Source: an uncultured Actinomycetota bacterium (GTDB lineage: Bacteria; Actinomycetota; Actinomycetes; JAFAQI01). From it: a stretch of DNA of 64,000 nucleotides. The notes below the pieces were generated by a model, which saw nothing but the letters and a program-made list of their open reading frames with translations, had not been told where the DNA came from and did not search any database. This document shows, one piece after another, positions 9,953-20,097 of this stretch. Position 1 is the stretch's first letter. Each line of letters begins with the position of its first letter. The stretch is from positions 78,271 through 142,270 of the forward strand of contig CAWIFV010000013.1 of NCBI GenBank assembly GCA_963835405.1, written 5' to 3'. The position numbers and the translations under genes were made by a program.

Positions 9953-10842
9953 TCAGCTCGCCGACGTCGCGTCACCGGCGACGTCGGTCTCGGCGGGTAC
10001 GTCGGTGGCGTCGGCAACGGCTTGTGCCTCGGCAACGGCTTGTGCCTCGGCCCCCTCATCGCCCGCCGCTTCGACTGCGGGGGCTGCGGGCACCGCTTCG
10101 GTGCCGGGTGTCGCGTCGGTCGGCGGTTCTCCCACGGGCTCGGCCGCTGCCGCGGGCTCGGCCGCCGCTGCCTCGGGCTCGGGCTCGGCTCAGGCGCCGC
10201 CGATGCCTCGGGCGCCGCCGCTGCCTCGGGCGCCGCCTCGGGCTCGGCGGGCGTGCCGGCGCCGCCGGCGAGGATGCTCGGGTCGGCCTGCGCCTTCGCC
10301 TCGAGGGCGCCGAGCAGCCGGGCGAACTGCTGCATTGGCGCGGCGAGCGCGAGCGCGAGCTTCTGCGCGGGGGCGTTGAGGCCGCCGGCCAGCTTGGTGA
10401 GCAGCACCTCGCGGGACTCGAGGTCGGCGAGCCGGCGGATCTCCTCCGCGGAGATCGCCCGACCGTCGAGGACGCCGCCCTTGACGACGAGCATGGGATG
10501 GTCGCGACCGAACGAACGCAGGCTCTTGGCGACCTCGACCGCGTCGCCGGTCACGAAGGCGATGGCCGAGGGGCCTTCGAGCAGGGGCTCGAGCGTCTCC
10601 ACGCCGGCCTCGCGGGCGGCGATCTTGGTCAGGGTGTTCTTGACCACCGCATAGGTCGCGTTGCCGGCCAGGGACCGTCGCAGCTCCTTGAGCTGGGCCA
10701 CGGTGAGCCCGCGGTACTCCGTCAGCACCGCGGCGGAGGAGTCGCGGAAGGCTTCGGTCAGCTCGGCGACCGCGGCCACCTTGTCGGGCCTCGCCCCGTC
10801 TGCCTGCGTGCGGGGCACATCTGCCTGCGTGCGGGACACGAC
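9953..10842 (-). CDS. rplJ: 50S ribosomal protein L10 with an unusually long acidic Ala/Pro/Glu-rich C-terminal extension; apparent 1-bp frameshift near 10185-10195
   Basis: RBS GAGAGGAG then GTG at 10842. Sequence [42 protein letters not shown]...[36 protein letters not shown]. The tail continues in the frame of ORF 9953..10135 (...[32 protein letters not shown]) and ends 16 nt before rplL. The other frame would read through rplL. Confidence 0.7.
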
Positions 10843-11045
10843 GGGTCTCCTCTCGTGGAACAGCATCGATCCAGGGGCGGAACAGCCGAAACGCCCCGGC
10901 GCAGGCGCGCGGGGCGTCGATCGTCAGGATTCGCTGACGAGGTCCGTCTCACTCACCTGCGCGGGCCGCCCGGTCTCCCGGGCGCTTCGCCCACCCCTCG
11001 AGCGGAGCGGGAACCAGCGGTCTTCGGCAGCGACGAGGCTAGCAG
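10843..11045 (-). promoter_or_regulatory. 5' leader region of the rplJL operon (putative L10-leader autoregulatory RNA)
   Basis: About 200 nt untranslated region between the lipoprotein stop and the rplJ start. Conserved position of the L10 leader. Not structurally verified. Confidence 0.35.
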
Positions 11046-11050
11046 AACGC

Positions 11051-11917
11051 TCAGGTGCCCGGCTGCTGCCCGGCGAGGCGGGCCAGGTCGGTCACCTGTC
11101 CCGGGGGCGGCGGCGAGACGTGGACCGGGACGTCGTAGGCGAGGACGTCGAGGTGGACCTCGACCGAGCCCTCACCCCCGACGCTGCTGCTGGTGATCCG
11201 GCGGGCGAGGCCGTCGTCGTCGAGCCACACGTCGACCCGGGCGCCGGTGAAGCCGGCCGACCGCATCGTCGGTGCCAGCTGGGCGCGGACGTCGGCGCTG
11301 TAGTGGGCCAGTAGCTCGTCGAGGGGCACCGTGCCGGAGTAGTGCGTCGTGGACGTCCCACGCACGCTTTCCCGGCCGACATCGCGGATGTGCCCGGTGG
11401 CGGCGAGCTGCTCGACGTACTGGGCCGGTTGCATCTGGCGGGCCTGGGACAGCACCTGCCGGAGGTCCACTCCCGACAGCCGCTTCATGTCGGCGAAGCG
11501 CATGACGACCCACGGTGTCCCCGTCTGCGCGGCGAGCTGCGGCATCTTCAGGTACATCGCGTCCGGGGTGAGCAGCTCGCGCATGCGGGCGCCCAGCGCG
11601 CTGCCGTTGGTGGTGAGGTTCGACACGGTCAGCCGCGCACCCAGGGGGTCGCTGCGCACCACGCCGGAGAAGTCGCCGGTCACATCGACGTCGACGGGCG
11701 CAGCGCCTTCGCTCGGCGTCACTCCCCGCAGGTGCTCGGCCATCGAGCCGGACACGCGCATCGACGTGGCACCGGCTGTCGCCTTCGCCGCCGCGCGCAC
11801 GACGCTGAGCGCGTCCACCCCGGGCGTCGCCGGCGCGGTCGGGCCGCTCCCCGACCCACATCCGACGGCGAGGAGCAACGTTGCCAAGCCCGACACCGCG
11901 GCAGAGACCGGTCGCAT
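11051..11917 (-). CDS. Hypothetical lipoprotein
   Basis: ORF track. Signal peptide plus lipobox (LLLAVGCGSGSG). Confidence 0.55.
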   Translation of the reverse strand: MRPVSAAVSGLATLLLAVGCGSGSGPTAPATPGVDALSVVRAAAKATAGATSMRVSGSMAEHLRGVTPSEGAAPVDVDVTGDFSGVVRSDPLGARLTVSNLTTNGSALGARMRELLTPDAMYLKMPQLAAQTGTPWVVMRFADMKRLSGVDLRQVLSQARQMQPAQYVEQLAATGHIRDVGRESVRGTSTTHYSGTVPLDELLAHYSADVRAQLAPTMRSAGFTGARVDVWLDDDGLARRITSSSVGGEGSVEVHLDVLAYDVPVHVSPPPPGQVTDLARLAGQQPGT

Positions 11918-11958
11918 CCGCCCAGTGTGGCCGGTGTCGGCGATGATGTCAGCGACGG

Positions 11959-12693
11959 TCAGGAAGGCCCGGAGTCGCCGTCCGCGTCCGCGGCCAGGCT
12001 GCGGGTCCGCGCCGGGTCGATCGCGATGCCGGGCCCCATCGTGGTCGACATCGCGACCTTCTTGAGGTAGCGGCCCTTCGCCGCCGACGGCTTGGCCCGC
12101 AGGACCTCGTCGAGCGCTGCCACGTAGTTGTCGAGCAGCTGCTCCTCGGTGAACGACGTCTTGCCGATGACGATGTGCAGGTTGGCCTGGCGGTCGACGC
12201 GGTACTCGATCTTGCCGCCCTTGATGTCGGCCACCGCCTTGGCGACGTCGTTGGTCACCGTGCCGGTCTTGGGGTTGGGCATGAGGCCGCGCGGACCGAG
12301 GACCCGGCCGAGCCGGCCGACCTTGCCCATCATGTCCGGAGTCGCCACCGCGGCGTCGAAGTCGAGCGCGCCCCCGTTGACCTGCTCGATCAGGTCGTCG
12401 CCGCCGACGACGTCCGCACCCGCCGCCCGGGCCTCCTCGGCCTTCTCGCCGGTGGCGAAGACGGCGACGCGGGCGGTCTTGCCGGTGCCGTGCGGCAGCG
12501 AGACCGTGCCCCGCACCATCTGGTCGGCCTTGCGCGGGTCGACGCCCAGCCGCATCGCGACCTCGACGGTCGCGTCGAACCGCTTCGTCGTGCTCGTCTC
12601 CCGGGCCAGCCGCACCGCCTCGGCGGGGCTGTAGAGGCGGTCCCGGTCGATGAGGGCCGCGGCCTGCTCGTAGGCCTTGCTGCGCTTGGTCAT
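11959..12693 (-). CDS. rplA: 50S ribosomal protein L1
   Basis: ORF track. Internal start [21 protein letters not shown]... Confidence 0.9.
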   Translation of the reverse strand: MTKRSKAYEQAAALIDRDRLYSPAEAVRLARETSTTKRFDATVEVAMRLGVDPRKADQMVRGTVSLPHGTGKTARVAVFATGEKAEEARAAGADVVGGDDLIEQVNGGALDFDAAVATPDMMGKVGRLGRVLGPRGLMPNPKTGTVTNDVAKAVADIKGGKIEYRVDRQANLHIVIGKTSFTEEQLLDNYVAALDEVLRAKPSAAKGRYLKKVAMSTTMGPGIAIDPARTRSLAADADGDSGPS

Positions 12694-12762
12694 TGCCTCT
12701 CCTCGTGGTGATGGCGGGCGCAGGGTGCGCCCTCCCACTGGTGCATCAGCCCGCGAACGGGC

Positions 12763-13194
12763 TCAGTCGGTGACGTCGATGCCCATCGACCGGGCGGTCC
12801 CGGCGATGATCTTGGCGGCGGCGTCGATGTCGTTGGCGTTGAGGTCGGCCATCTTCGACTCGGCGATCTCGCGCACCTGGTCACGGCTGATGGTCGCCAC
12901 CTTGTTGGTGTGCGGCTCGCCCGAGCCCTTCTCCACGCCCGCGGCCTTGAGGATGAGCTTGGCGGCCGGCGGCGTCTTGGTGATGAAGGTGAAGGTGCGG
13001 TCCTCGTAGACCGTGATCTCGACCGGGACCACGTTGCCGCGCTGGGAGTCGGTGGCGGCGTTGTACTGCTTGCAGAACTCCATGATGTTGACGCCGTGCT
13101 GGCCGAGCGCCGGGCCCACCGGAGGTGCCGGGGTCGCCTGGCCGGCCTGGATCTGGAGCTTGATCAGACCGGCGATCTTCTTCTTCGGAGGCAT
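12763..13194 (-). CDS. rplK: 50S ribosomal protein L11
   Basis: ORF track. [46 protein letters not shown]... Confidence 0.95.
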   Translation of the reverse strand: MPPKKKIAGLIKLQIQAGQATPAPPVGPALGQHGVNIMEFCKQYNAATDSQRGNVVPVEITVYEDRTFTFITKTPPAAKLILKAAGVEKGSGEPHTNKVATISRDQVREIAESKMADLNANDIDAAAKIIAGTARSMGIDVTD

Positions 13195-13233
13195 GACTTC
13201 TTCCTTGTACGGAGGGGCCGGAAAGCGGCGGCG

Positions 13234-14199
13234 TCAGATCTTGCTGACCTGGCTGAACGACAGCTCGACCGGGGTCTCCCGGCCGAAGATGGACACGAGA
13301 ACCTTGAGGCGCTGCGCTTCCGCGTTGATCTCGTTGATGGTGGCGGGCAGGGTCGCGAACGGGCCGTCCATGACGGTGACCGACTCGCCGACCTGGTAGT
13401 CGACGACCTTCGGCGCCTCGGCCTTCTTGGCCTCCTTGGGCTTCGGGGCGAGGAACTTCACGACGTCGTCCAGGGACAACGGCGTCGGGTGGGTGGTCCC
13501 GACGAAGCCGGTGACGCTCGGGGTGTTCTTCACCGCCGACCACGACTCGTCGGTCAGGTCCATCCGCACGAGCACGTATCCGGGGAAGACCTTCGACTGC
13601 ACGACCTGCCGTTTGCCCTGCTTGATGACCGTCTCGTCCTGGGTGGGGACCTCGATCTGGTAGATGAAGTCCTCCATGTTGAGCGAGGCGATGCGCGACT
13701 CGATGTTGGCCTTCACCTTGTTCTCGTAGCCGGCGTAGGTGTGCACGACGTACCAGTCGCCGGGAAGGACGCCCAGGCTGCGCCGGAACGCCTCGACCGG
13801 GTCCTCCTCCTCGCCGGGCTCGGCCGGGTAGGCGGACCCGTCGGCGGCGGGCGCCTCCGGCGCGGGGACGTGGTCGGCCGCCGGATCGGGCGTCGTCTCG
13901 GCGTCCGGGGCGAGGTAGCCCGGCGCCGCCTCGTCGGACAGGCCGAGACCGAGGTCGTCGACGGTGTCGGCGCCGGAACCGGCCTCGGTGGCGGCGACGG
14001 CGGCCTCGGGGCCGGGCCCGGGCGCGGGCGCGGCGGGTTCGGCCGGGGCCTCGTCGACCGCGTCAGTGGGGACGTCCGCCCCCGCCGCCGCGACCGCCTC
14101 GGCCTGCTCCGACAGCGGCTCGGTCGGCGCCGGCGGGTCCGCGGGCGACGCGGCCGGTGCCTGGTCGGACCCTGGCTGCTCGGACTGGAACTCGGTCAC
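13234..14199 (-). CDS. nusG: Transcription antitermination factor NusG with a roughly 130-aa Ala/Pro/Glu-rich N-terminal extension
   Basis: ORF track. NGN/KOW core [19 protein letters not shown]...GFVG...; the long acidic N-extension is typical of actinobacteria. Confidence 0.9.
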   Translation of the reverse strand: MTEFQSEQPGSDQAPAASPADPPAPTEPLSEQAEAVAAAGADVPTDAVDEAPAEPAAPAPGPGPEAAVAATEAGSGADTVDDLGLGLSDEAAPGYLAPDAETTPDPAADHVPAPEAPAADGSAYPAEPGEEEDPVEAFRRSLGVLPGDWYVVHTYAGYENKVKANIESRIASLNMEDFIYQIEVPTQDETVIKQGKRQVVQSKVFPGYVLVRMDLTDESWSAVKNTPSVTGFVGTTHPTPLSLDDVVKFLAPKPKEAKKAEAPKVVDYQVGESVTVMDGPFATLPATINEINAEAQRLKVLVSIFGRETPVELSFSQVSKI

Positions 14200-14240
14200 G
14201 GGTGTCGAACCTCAAACTCGATGGCGGTGGAAGGCGGTCG

Positions 14241-14498
14241 TCAGCCGAAGACGCCGAGGACGGCCTTGGTGAAGGCGAAGTCGTAGAGCGAGATCAGGGC
14301 GACCATGGCCGAGACGAACACGATCGAGACGATCGTGTAGGTCACGAGCTCGTTCCGGGTCGGCCAGATGACCTTGCGGAGCTCGGCGACGACCTGCCGG
14401 TTGTAGAGCGCGATGCGGTCGAAAAGGCCGGGCTTCTTGCCGCCGCGGCCACCGCTCGCCGGCTGTGGCGACGGCGGCCGCTCGCTCGTCAACGTCAC
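14241..14498 (-). CDS. secE: Preprotein translocase subunit SecE
   Basis: C-terminal TM segment IVSIVFVSAMVALISLYDF. Start placed at GTG 14498 with an upstream GGAG, because the longer ORF-track start would overlap tRNA-Trp. Confidence 0.7.
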   Translation of the reverse strand: MTLTSERPPSPQPASGGRGGKKPGLFDRIALYNRQVVAELRKVIWPTRNELVTYTIVSIVFVSAMVALISLYDFAFTKAVLGVFG

Positions 14499-14531
14499 CG
14501 GTCGTCCACGCTCCCTTCTCGTCTCACCTCG

Positions 14532-14604
14532 CAGGGCAGGAGGGACTCGAACCCCCAACCACCGGTTTTGGAGACCGGGACTCTGCCAATTGAGCTACTG
14601 CCCT
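14532..14604 (-). tRNA. tRNA-Trp (anticodon CCA)
   Basis: Reverse complement AGGGCAGTAGCTCAATTGGCAGAGTCCCGGTCTCCAAAACCGGTGGTTGGGGGTTCGAGTCCCTCCTGCCCTG. Cloverleaf with 7-bp acceptor stem. Conserved position upstream of secE. Confidence 0.9.
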
Positions 14605-14738
14605 GTGACCGGCAGGGCATGCGGGGACACCCGGCGCCGGACGCGCCAGTGTACGTCGGCGGGCGCGGCCGGGTCGAACCGCGCGACCGTGACGCAACCC
14701 GGTGGACCCACCGCGGCACCCGCTGAGATCATGACGGC

Positions 14739-15956
14739 ATGAGCCCGCGCCAGCCCGCCCGAGTCTCCGGACGCATCGCCGCGATCAGCGAGTCCGCCAC
14801 CCTCGCGGTCGACGCGAAGGCGAAAGCCCTCAAGGCGGCCGGCCGCGACGTCATCGGTTTCGGTGCCGGCGAACCGGACTTCCCCACCCCGGACCCCATC
14901 GTGGAAGCCGCGATCGCTGCCTGCCGCGACCCGAAGATGCACCACTACACGCCCGCCGGCGGCCTCCCCGAGCTGAAGGAGGCGATCGCGGCGAAGACCG
15001 CCCGTGACTCCTCCCTTGCGGTCACCCCCGGACAGGTGCTCGTCACGAACGGCGGCAAGCAGGCGGTCTACGAGGCGTTCGCCACCCTGCTGGACCCCGG
15101 CGACGAGGTGCTGCTGCCCGCGCCGTACTGGACCACCTACCCGGAAAGCATCAAGCTCGCGGGAGGCGTACCCGTCGAGGTCCCGACGGACGAGACCAGC
15201 GGCTACCTCGTGGCGGTGGACCAGCTCGAGGCGGCCCGCACCGACCGGACCAAGGTGCTGCTGTTCTGCTCGCCGTCGAACCCGACCGGTGCGGTCTACC
15301 CCACCGAGCAGGTGGAGGCGATCGGTCGCTGGGCGGCCGAGGCCGGCATCTGGGTGCTCACCGACGAGATCTACGAGCACCTCACGTACGACGGCGTGAC
15401 GGCCGCGTCGATGCCGGTCGTCGTCCCCGACCTGACCGAACGCTGCGTGGTGGTCAACGGTGTCGCGAAGACCTACGCCATGACCGGTTGGCGGGTGGGC
15501 TGGATGCTCGGGCCGGCAGACGTGGTCAAGGCCGCCACCAACCTGCAGTCGCACGCGACGTCCAACGTGTCGAACGTGGCGCAGGCGGCGGCTCTGGCCG
15601 CGCTGCGCGGCGACCTGTCGGCGGCGACCGAGATGCGCACCGCCTTCGACCGGCGCCGGCGCACGATGGTCCGGATGCTGCGCGAGATCCCCGGAGTGGA
15701 CTGTCCCGAGCCGTTCGGGGCGTTCTACTGCTTTCCGTCGGTGCGCGGCGTGATCGGGTCGACGATCCGCGGTCGTACGCCGCAGTCGTCGGCCGAGCTG
15801 GCCGAGCTCGTGCTCGATGAGACGGAGGTCGCGGTGGTGCCCGGGGAGGCCTTCGGCGCGCCGGGCTACTTCCGCCTGTCCTACGCCCTCGGCGACGAGG
15901 ACCTGGCCGAGGGGGTCGGGCGGCTGCAGAAGCTGCTCGCCGAGGCGGAGGCCTGA
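14739..15956 (+). CDS. PLP-dependent aminotransferase (aspartate aminotransferase family)
   Basis: ORF track, 405 aa. Fold-type I aminotransferase motifs (...GEPDFPTP..., [20 protein letters not shown]). Confidence 0.85.
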   Translation: MSPRQPARVSGRIAAISESATLAVDAKAKALKAAGRDVIGFGAGEPDFPTPDPIVEAAIAACRDPKMHHYTPAGGLPELKEAIAAKTARDSSLAVTPGQVLVTNGGKQAVYEAFATLLDPGDEVLLPAPYWTTYPESIKLAGGVPVEVPTDETSGYLVAVDQLEAARTDRTKVLLFCSPSNPTGAVYPTEQVEAIGRWAAEAGIWVLTDEIYEHLTYDGVTAASMPVVVPDLTERCVVVNGVAKTYAMTGWRVGWMLGPADVVKAATNLQSHATSNVSNVAQAAALAALRGDLSAATEMRTAFDRRRRTMVRMLREIPGVDCPEPFGAFYCFPSVRGVIGSTIRGRTPQSSAELAELVLDETEVAVVPGEAFGAPGYFRLSYALGDEDLAEGVGRLQKLLAEAEA

Positions 15957-15972
15957 GAGCCGGGCTCGCCCG

Positions 15973-16920
15973 CTATCCGACGTCGGCGGCGACCGAGGCG
16001 CTGCGCTCGGCCGCGATCATCGCCCGGCCGGCCTCCCGGCCCGCCGTAATCAGCGCCGACGTCCGGGAGAAGTCCCGCAGGTCGTGCCGGCCGGTGCGCA
16101 GCGCCGGCAGGGACACGACGCGCTGACCGGGGGCGGTCACCGGCTCCCGGCGGCCCAGGTGCGAGCGCGAGATCGCGAAGCTCTCGAGCAGAACGTCCAT
16201 CGCGGTCATCCGGTCGTCGGCCCAGCCGTGGTACTCCCGGGCCACGTCCAGGACCCACACCCGCCGGGCGCCGAGGTCGAGGGCACGCTGCGTCGGCACC
16301 GGGCAGCTCACGCCGCCGTCGACGTGGACGCTGTCGCCGAGCTCGACCGGCGGGAAGATGCCCGGCAGGCAGGCGCTGGCCGACAGCACCGCAACCGGGT
16401 CACCGGCGGTCCACCAGACGGGCTCGCCGGCGCGCAGGTCGGTGGTGCCGACGTGGACGGGGATCGCGGTGTCGGCGAGGTCGGCGACCGGCACACAGGT
16501 CTCGATGACGCGCCGCAGGCCGCTCGGGGAGTAGAGGTGGTCGTCCTTGCCGACGTACCGGCGGGCGACGCTGAACCGACCGTCCGGGAAGACGACGTCG
16601 CGGCTCAGGCCGCGCCAGATGTGCTCGAGCTCGACGAGCCGGCGGGCGGAGGGGTCGACCGCGACGTACGCGGCGTTGAGGGCTCCGACGGAGACGCCGA
16701 CGACGACGTCCGGCACGATGCCCGCCTCGATCAGTGCCTGCAGCGCGCCGACCTGGGCGGCGCCGAGGCTGCCGCCGCCACTCAGCACGACCGCCTCGCC
16801 CGGAGCGGGCGCGTCCGACGCAACGGGCCGCGTCGCCGGCTCTTGCCGGCCGCGGCGCCAGAACGTCAGGACGGTCATGCGGCCACCTCGTCTGCGCAGA
16901 TCCCTCGGCGGAACCTCCAC
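15973..16920 (-). CDS. Patatin-like phospholipase
   Basis: ORF track. GGGSLG oxyanion motif and GVSVG (GxSxG) nucleophile elbow. Confidence 0.75.
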   Translation of the reverse strand: MEVPPRDLRRRGGRMTVLTFWRRGRQEPATRPVASDAPAPGEAVVLSGGGSLGAAQVGALQALIEAGIVPDVVVGVSVGALNAAYVAVDPSARRLVELEHIWRGLSRDVVFPDGRFSVARRYVGKDDHLYSPSGLRRVIETCVPVADLADTAIPVHVGTTDLRAGEPVWWTAGDPVAVLSASACLPGIFPPVELGDSVHVDGGVSCPVPTQRALDLGARRVWVLDVAREYHGWADDRMTAMDVLLESFAISRSHLGRREPVTAPGQRVVSLPALRTGRHDLRDFSRTSALITAGREAGRAMIAAERSASVAADVG

Positions 16921-17008
16921 GTGCTGTGATCATCGGCAGGTTCACCGGGATCCCTGAGCCCGTGGAGGCTGCCTCGAAAGTACCCCCCTGTCCTGCGCAT
17001 AAGCCCCG

Positions 17009-18430
17009 TCAGGCGGCCGCGGCAGGTGCCGACGCCGCGGGGAGGACCGCCTCGGCCTGCACCCGGGCCGAGCGCCGGGGCACCGCCAGCATGGCCAGCG
17101 CGGCGAGGAAGACCCCGCCCGCTCCGACGGCGACCGCCGGGCGGAGCCCGGCCACGAACTGCGCGCCGGACAGGTACCCGCCGTGGGCGGCGAAGACCGA
17201 GGCGAGCACGGCGACGCCGAAGACACCGCCGAGCTCTCGGAGCGCGTTGGTCGCCCCGGACGCGATGCCCTCCTCCTCCCGGCGGACGCTGCCGAGCACC
17301 AGCGTCGCCGTCGGGGCGAAGAACATCGCCATGCCGATGCCGCTCACGACGAACGCCGGCACCAGTCGGCCGTAGGCGACCGTAGGGGTCGAGATCGCCG
17401 CCAGCCAGGCCAGCCCGGTCGCCTGCAACAGCAGGCCGGTGAGGACGACCGGACGGCCACCCACCCGGTCGGCGAGCAGACCGGCCAGCGGCGAGACCAC
17501 GATCGGCATCCCCGTCCACGGCAGGGTCCGCAGGCCCGCGCTCAGCGGCGAATAGTGCTGGACGGTCTGGAGGAACTGCGCCAGCAGGAAGATCGAGCCG
17601 AACATGCCGAAGAACATGAGGATGCTCGCCAGGTTGGTCGCGGTGAACCCGCGGGAGCCGAACAGGCGCAGCGGCAACATCGGCTCGGCGGCGCGCCGCT
17701 CCCAGGCGACGAAGGCGGCCAGCAGCGCAACGCCCGCCGTGATCGCGCTGACAACCGTCAACGACGTCCAGCCGAGAGCGTCGGCCCGGACCAGACCGAG
17801 CACGACGCCGAACAGCCCCGCGCTGGCGAGCCCCACGCCGGGGAGGTCGAGCCGCATCGCCGGCCCGCGGCTCTCGACGACCCGCAGCCGGGCGATCGGG
17901 ATCAGCGCCAGGCCCAGGGGGACGTTGAGCCAGAAGATCGTCTGCCAGGACCAGCCCTGGACGACGGCGCCCCCGACGACGGGCCCGGTCGCGATGGCGA
18001 GACCCGCGACCGCGCCCCAGATGCCGAGCGCCATGCCGCGCCGCTCGACCGGCACCGCCGCCGACAGCAGCGTCAGGGTGAGCGGCGTGACCACGGCGGC
18101 ACCGGCACCCTGCACGGCGCGGAAGGCCACGAGCGCTCCCGCGCTGGGCGCCAGTGCGGCGGCGGCGGACCCGGCGGTGAACACGACCAGGCCGATGACG
18201 AGCATCCGGCGCCGCCCGAACCGCTCACCGAGCGCCGCCCCGGTGAGGAGCAGCACGGCGAAGGTCAGGGTGTAGGCGTTGACCGTCCACTCCAGCTGCC
18301 CCAGCGACGCGTGGAGGTCGGTCCGGATGACGGGCAGCGCGGTCGTGACCACGAGGTTGTCGAGCTGGGCCATGAACAGCGCGACGCTCGTCACGACGAA
18401 CGTCCAGATGGTGCGCGACCTGGCGGTCAT
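17009..18430 (-). CDS. MFS drug:H+ antiporter (14-TM EmrB/QacA type)
   Basis: Internal start MTARSRTIWTFVVTSVALFMAQLDNLVVTTALP. Many TM segments. Confidence 0.85.
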   Translation of the reverse strand: MTARSRTIWTFVVTSVALFMAQLDNLVVTTALPVIRTDLHASLGQLEWTVNAYTLTFAVLLLTGAALGERFGRRRMLVIGLVVFTAGSAAAALAPSAGALVAFRAVQGAGAAVVTPLTLTLLSAAVPVERRGMALGIWGAVAGLAIATGPVVGGAVVQGWSWQTIFWLNVPLGLALIPIARLRVVESRGPAMRLDLPGVGLASAGLFGVVLGLVRADALGWTSLTVVSAITAGVALLAAFVAWERRAAEPMLPLRLFGSRGFTATNLASILMFFGMFGSIFLLAQFLQTVQHYSPLSAGLRTLPWTGMPIVVSPLAGLLADRVGGRPVVLTGLLLQATGLAWLAAISTPTVAYGRLVPAFVVSGIGMAMFFAPTATLVLGSVRREEEGIASGATNALRELGGVFGVAVLASVFAAHGGYLSGAQFVAGLRPAVAVGAGGVFLAALAMLAVPRRSARVQAEAVLPAASAPAAAA

Positions 18431-18452
18431 CGCGGCCTCCCCTTCGCTATGG

Positions 18453-18470
18453 AGTGAGTAATCACTCACT
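18453..18470. promoter_or_regulatory. Palindromic TetR-type operator candidate between the tetR stop and the MFS start
   Basis: AGTGAGT-aatc-ACTCACT has perfect 7-bp arms. It follows an A8 run that is very unusual for this GC content. Confidence 0.45.
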
Positions 18471-18491
18471 TTCGGGACGAAAAAAAATCGG

Positions 18492-19058
18492 TCAGTTCTC
18501 GTGCCAGGTGGGCGTGAGCCAGGCAGGCGGGATGCATGCCTGCACCCACTGCGACGGGTGGCTGGGGGCGTCCATGGCGGCAAGGACGTTCATCAACATC
18601 CCCTTGGCGAAGAACTCCTGCAGCCCGGCGTCATCGAGGCCGGACAGCCGCGCCACCTCCCGCCAGAGCCGACCGAACTCACGCCGGGTGACCTCGCCGA
18701 TCTCGGGGTCGTGGCAGGCGGCGTAGGCCTGCATCTGGAGCAGGAGCATGTCGCGGTCGCGGAGCAGCTCGCCGTAGCGCTCGCCCATGCGGGCCAGCGC
18801 CTCCTCGCCGGTCGCGTCCCCCGCGGCGTCGACGAACGACTGGCGCACCCGGCCGAACCCGTGGGAGACGAGCGCGAGGAACAGCGCCTTCTTCGTCGGG
18901 AACATCTTGAACAGGTAGGGCTGGCTGATGCCGGCGGCGCGGGCGACGTCCTCGGTGGAGGTCCCCTGGTAGCCGTGCCGGGCGAACTCGGCGACCGCCG
19001 ATCGCAGCACGTCGCTGCGGCGCTCCTCGGCGGTCATCCGCGTGGCCGGCGTCATCAC
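18492..19058 (-). CDS. TetR/AcrR family transcriptional regulator
   Basis: ORF track. N-terminal HTH ...RSAVAEFARHGYQGTSTEDVARAAGISQPYLFKMFPTKKALFLALV. Confidence 0.85.
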   Translation of the reverse strand: MMTPATRMTAEERRSDVLRSAVAEFARHGYQGTSTEDVARAAGISQPYLFKMFPTKKALFLALVSHGFGRVRQSFVDAAGDATGEEALARMGERYGELLRDRDMLLLQMQAYAACHDPEIGEVTRREFGRLWREVARLSGLDDAGLQEFFAKGMLMNVLAAMDAPSHPSQWVQACIPPAWLTPTWHEN

Positions 19059-19065
19059 CGGACCA

Positions 19066-19085
19066 TAGTGAGTGACGACTCACTA
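19066..19085. promoter_or_regulatory. Palindromic TetR-type operator candidate overlapping the tetR promoter and start region
   Basis: TAGTGAGT-gacg-ACTCACTA has perfect 8-bp arms, 8 nt upstream of the tetR GTG. It has the same AGTGAGT-N4-ACTCACT core as the site at 18453. Confidence 0.5.
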
Positions 19086-19123
19086 CCTTGTCAAGCGCAG
19101 CGACGGCAGTGACCGCGGTCGGG

Positions 19124-19867
19124 CTAGCGCGGGGACAGCAGGTCGGTCCGGCCCCGGAACCGCTGCAGGAACCGCGCGAACGTGCGCGCCGACTCCCGGT
19201 CCCGGTACGCCGGGTCGGTGTCGTGGTAACCGCGGTGCCGGCCCTGCTCCACCGGAAGATCGGGCACCGCGACCAGCCGCCCGGCCCGGCCGCGCGCCCG
19301 CTCGCCGGCACGCAGCGCGAGGGAGAACTCCAGGTCGGCGTTGCGGTAGAAGCGCGCCTTGGCATGCGGACCGCCGGCGGCCAGGGCGGCGGCCCGCCGC
19401 ATCGCGAACAGGTAGCCGAGCAGCGCGTCGACGTCCCCCGCCCCCGCCTCCGTCATCGACCGCCACTCGTCGGCCACGTCGACGTGGACACCGCGCCAGC
19501 CGGCCCCGACCACGTCCGGGACGTCGTCGAGTACGGCGAGCAGCGGGGTGACCGCGTCGCCGGTCAGCACGCTCGACAGGTCGCACCACACGTGCACGGC
19601 GGCCGTGTCGGCGCGCAGCAGCGCCAGCCGGGCGGCGGCCCACCCGATGCTGCCGCCCGGCCGCCAGGCCGGCCCGTCCGCAACGTGCCACGCCTCGACC
19701 CGCCCCTTGGCAGCCCGGTCGGCCACCGCCTCGTGCAGGGCGTCACCGGCGCCGTCGACGTTGCCCAGGTCGAGAGCCTGGACGACGACGTCGGCCGGAA
19801 CGTGGGACAGCAGAGCGTCGACACAGGCCCGCACGTCGTCGGGCCAACCGTCGACGAGCACGCTCAC
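19124..19867 (-). CDS. Hypothetical protein (possibly glycosyltransferase-like; no confident family)
   Basis: ORF track, 247 aa. Protein-like composition. No motif I can name with confidence. Confidence 0.35.
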   Translation of the reverse strand: MSVLVDGWPDDVRACVDALLSHVPADVVVQALDLGNVDGAGDALHEAVADRAAKGRVEAWHVADGPAWRPGGSIGWAAARLALLRADTAAVHVWCDLSSVLTGDAVTPLLAVLDDVPDVVGAGWRGVHVDVADEWRSMTEAGAGDVDALLGYLFAMRRAAALAAGGPHAKARFYRNADLEFSLALRAGERARGRAGRLVAVPDLPVEQGRHRGYHDTDPAYRDRESARTFARFLQRFRGRTDLLSPR

Positions 19868-20097
19868 GGTGGCACGGCGCGCGTCGGGCGTCGGCGGTCT
19901 CGTCCGGCAGGTCGGCCAGCCGGACGACGTCGTACGGCGGCTTCGGGCTCAGCTCGAAGCCCGGCGCCGGTGTCCAGCACGAGCCAGCCGGCGGCGGCGA
20001 GCTCGTCCCGCAGCGCGTCGGCGGCGGCGAAGTCGCGCGCCGCCCGGGCACGTGCCCGCTGCTCGGCGAGCGCGACCACCGGCGGCGGGCGGCTCGC

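Noticed and set aside
19864-20079. Small minus-strand ORF whose N-terminal part (ARAARDFAAADALRDELAAAGWLVLDTGAG) resembles the C-terminal anticodon-binding helix region of cysteinyl-tRNA synthetase / MshC-type ligases
   Set aside because: It is only about 70 aa, the similarity is to a short helical segment, and a frameshift-dependent alternative C-terminus exists. It could be a gene fragment or chance similarity, so it is not called as a feature.
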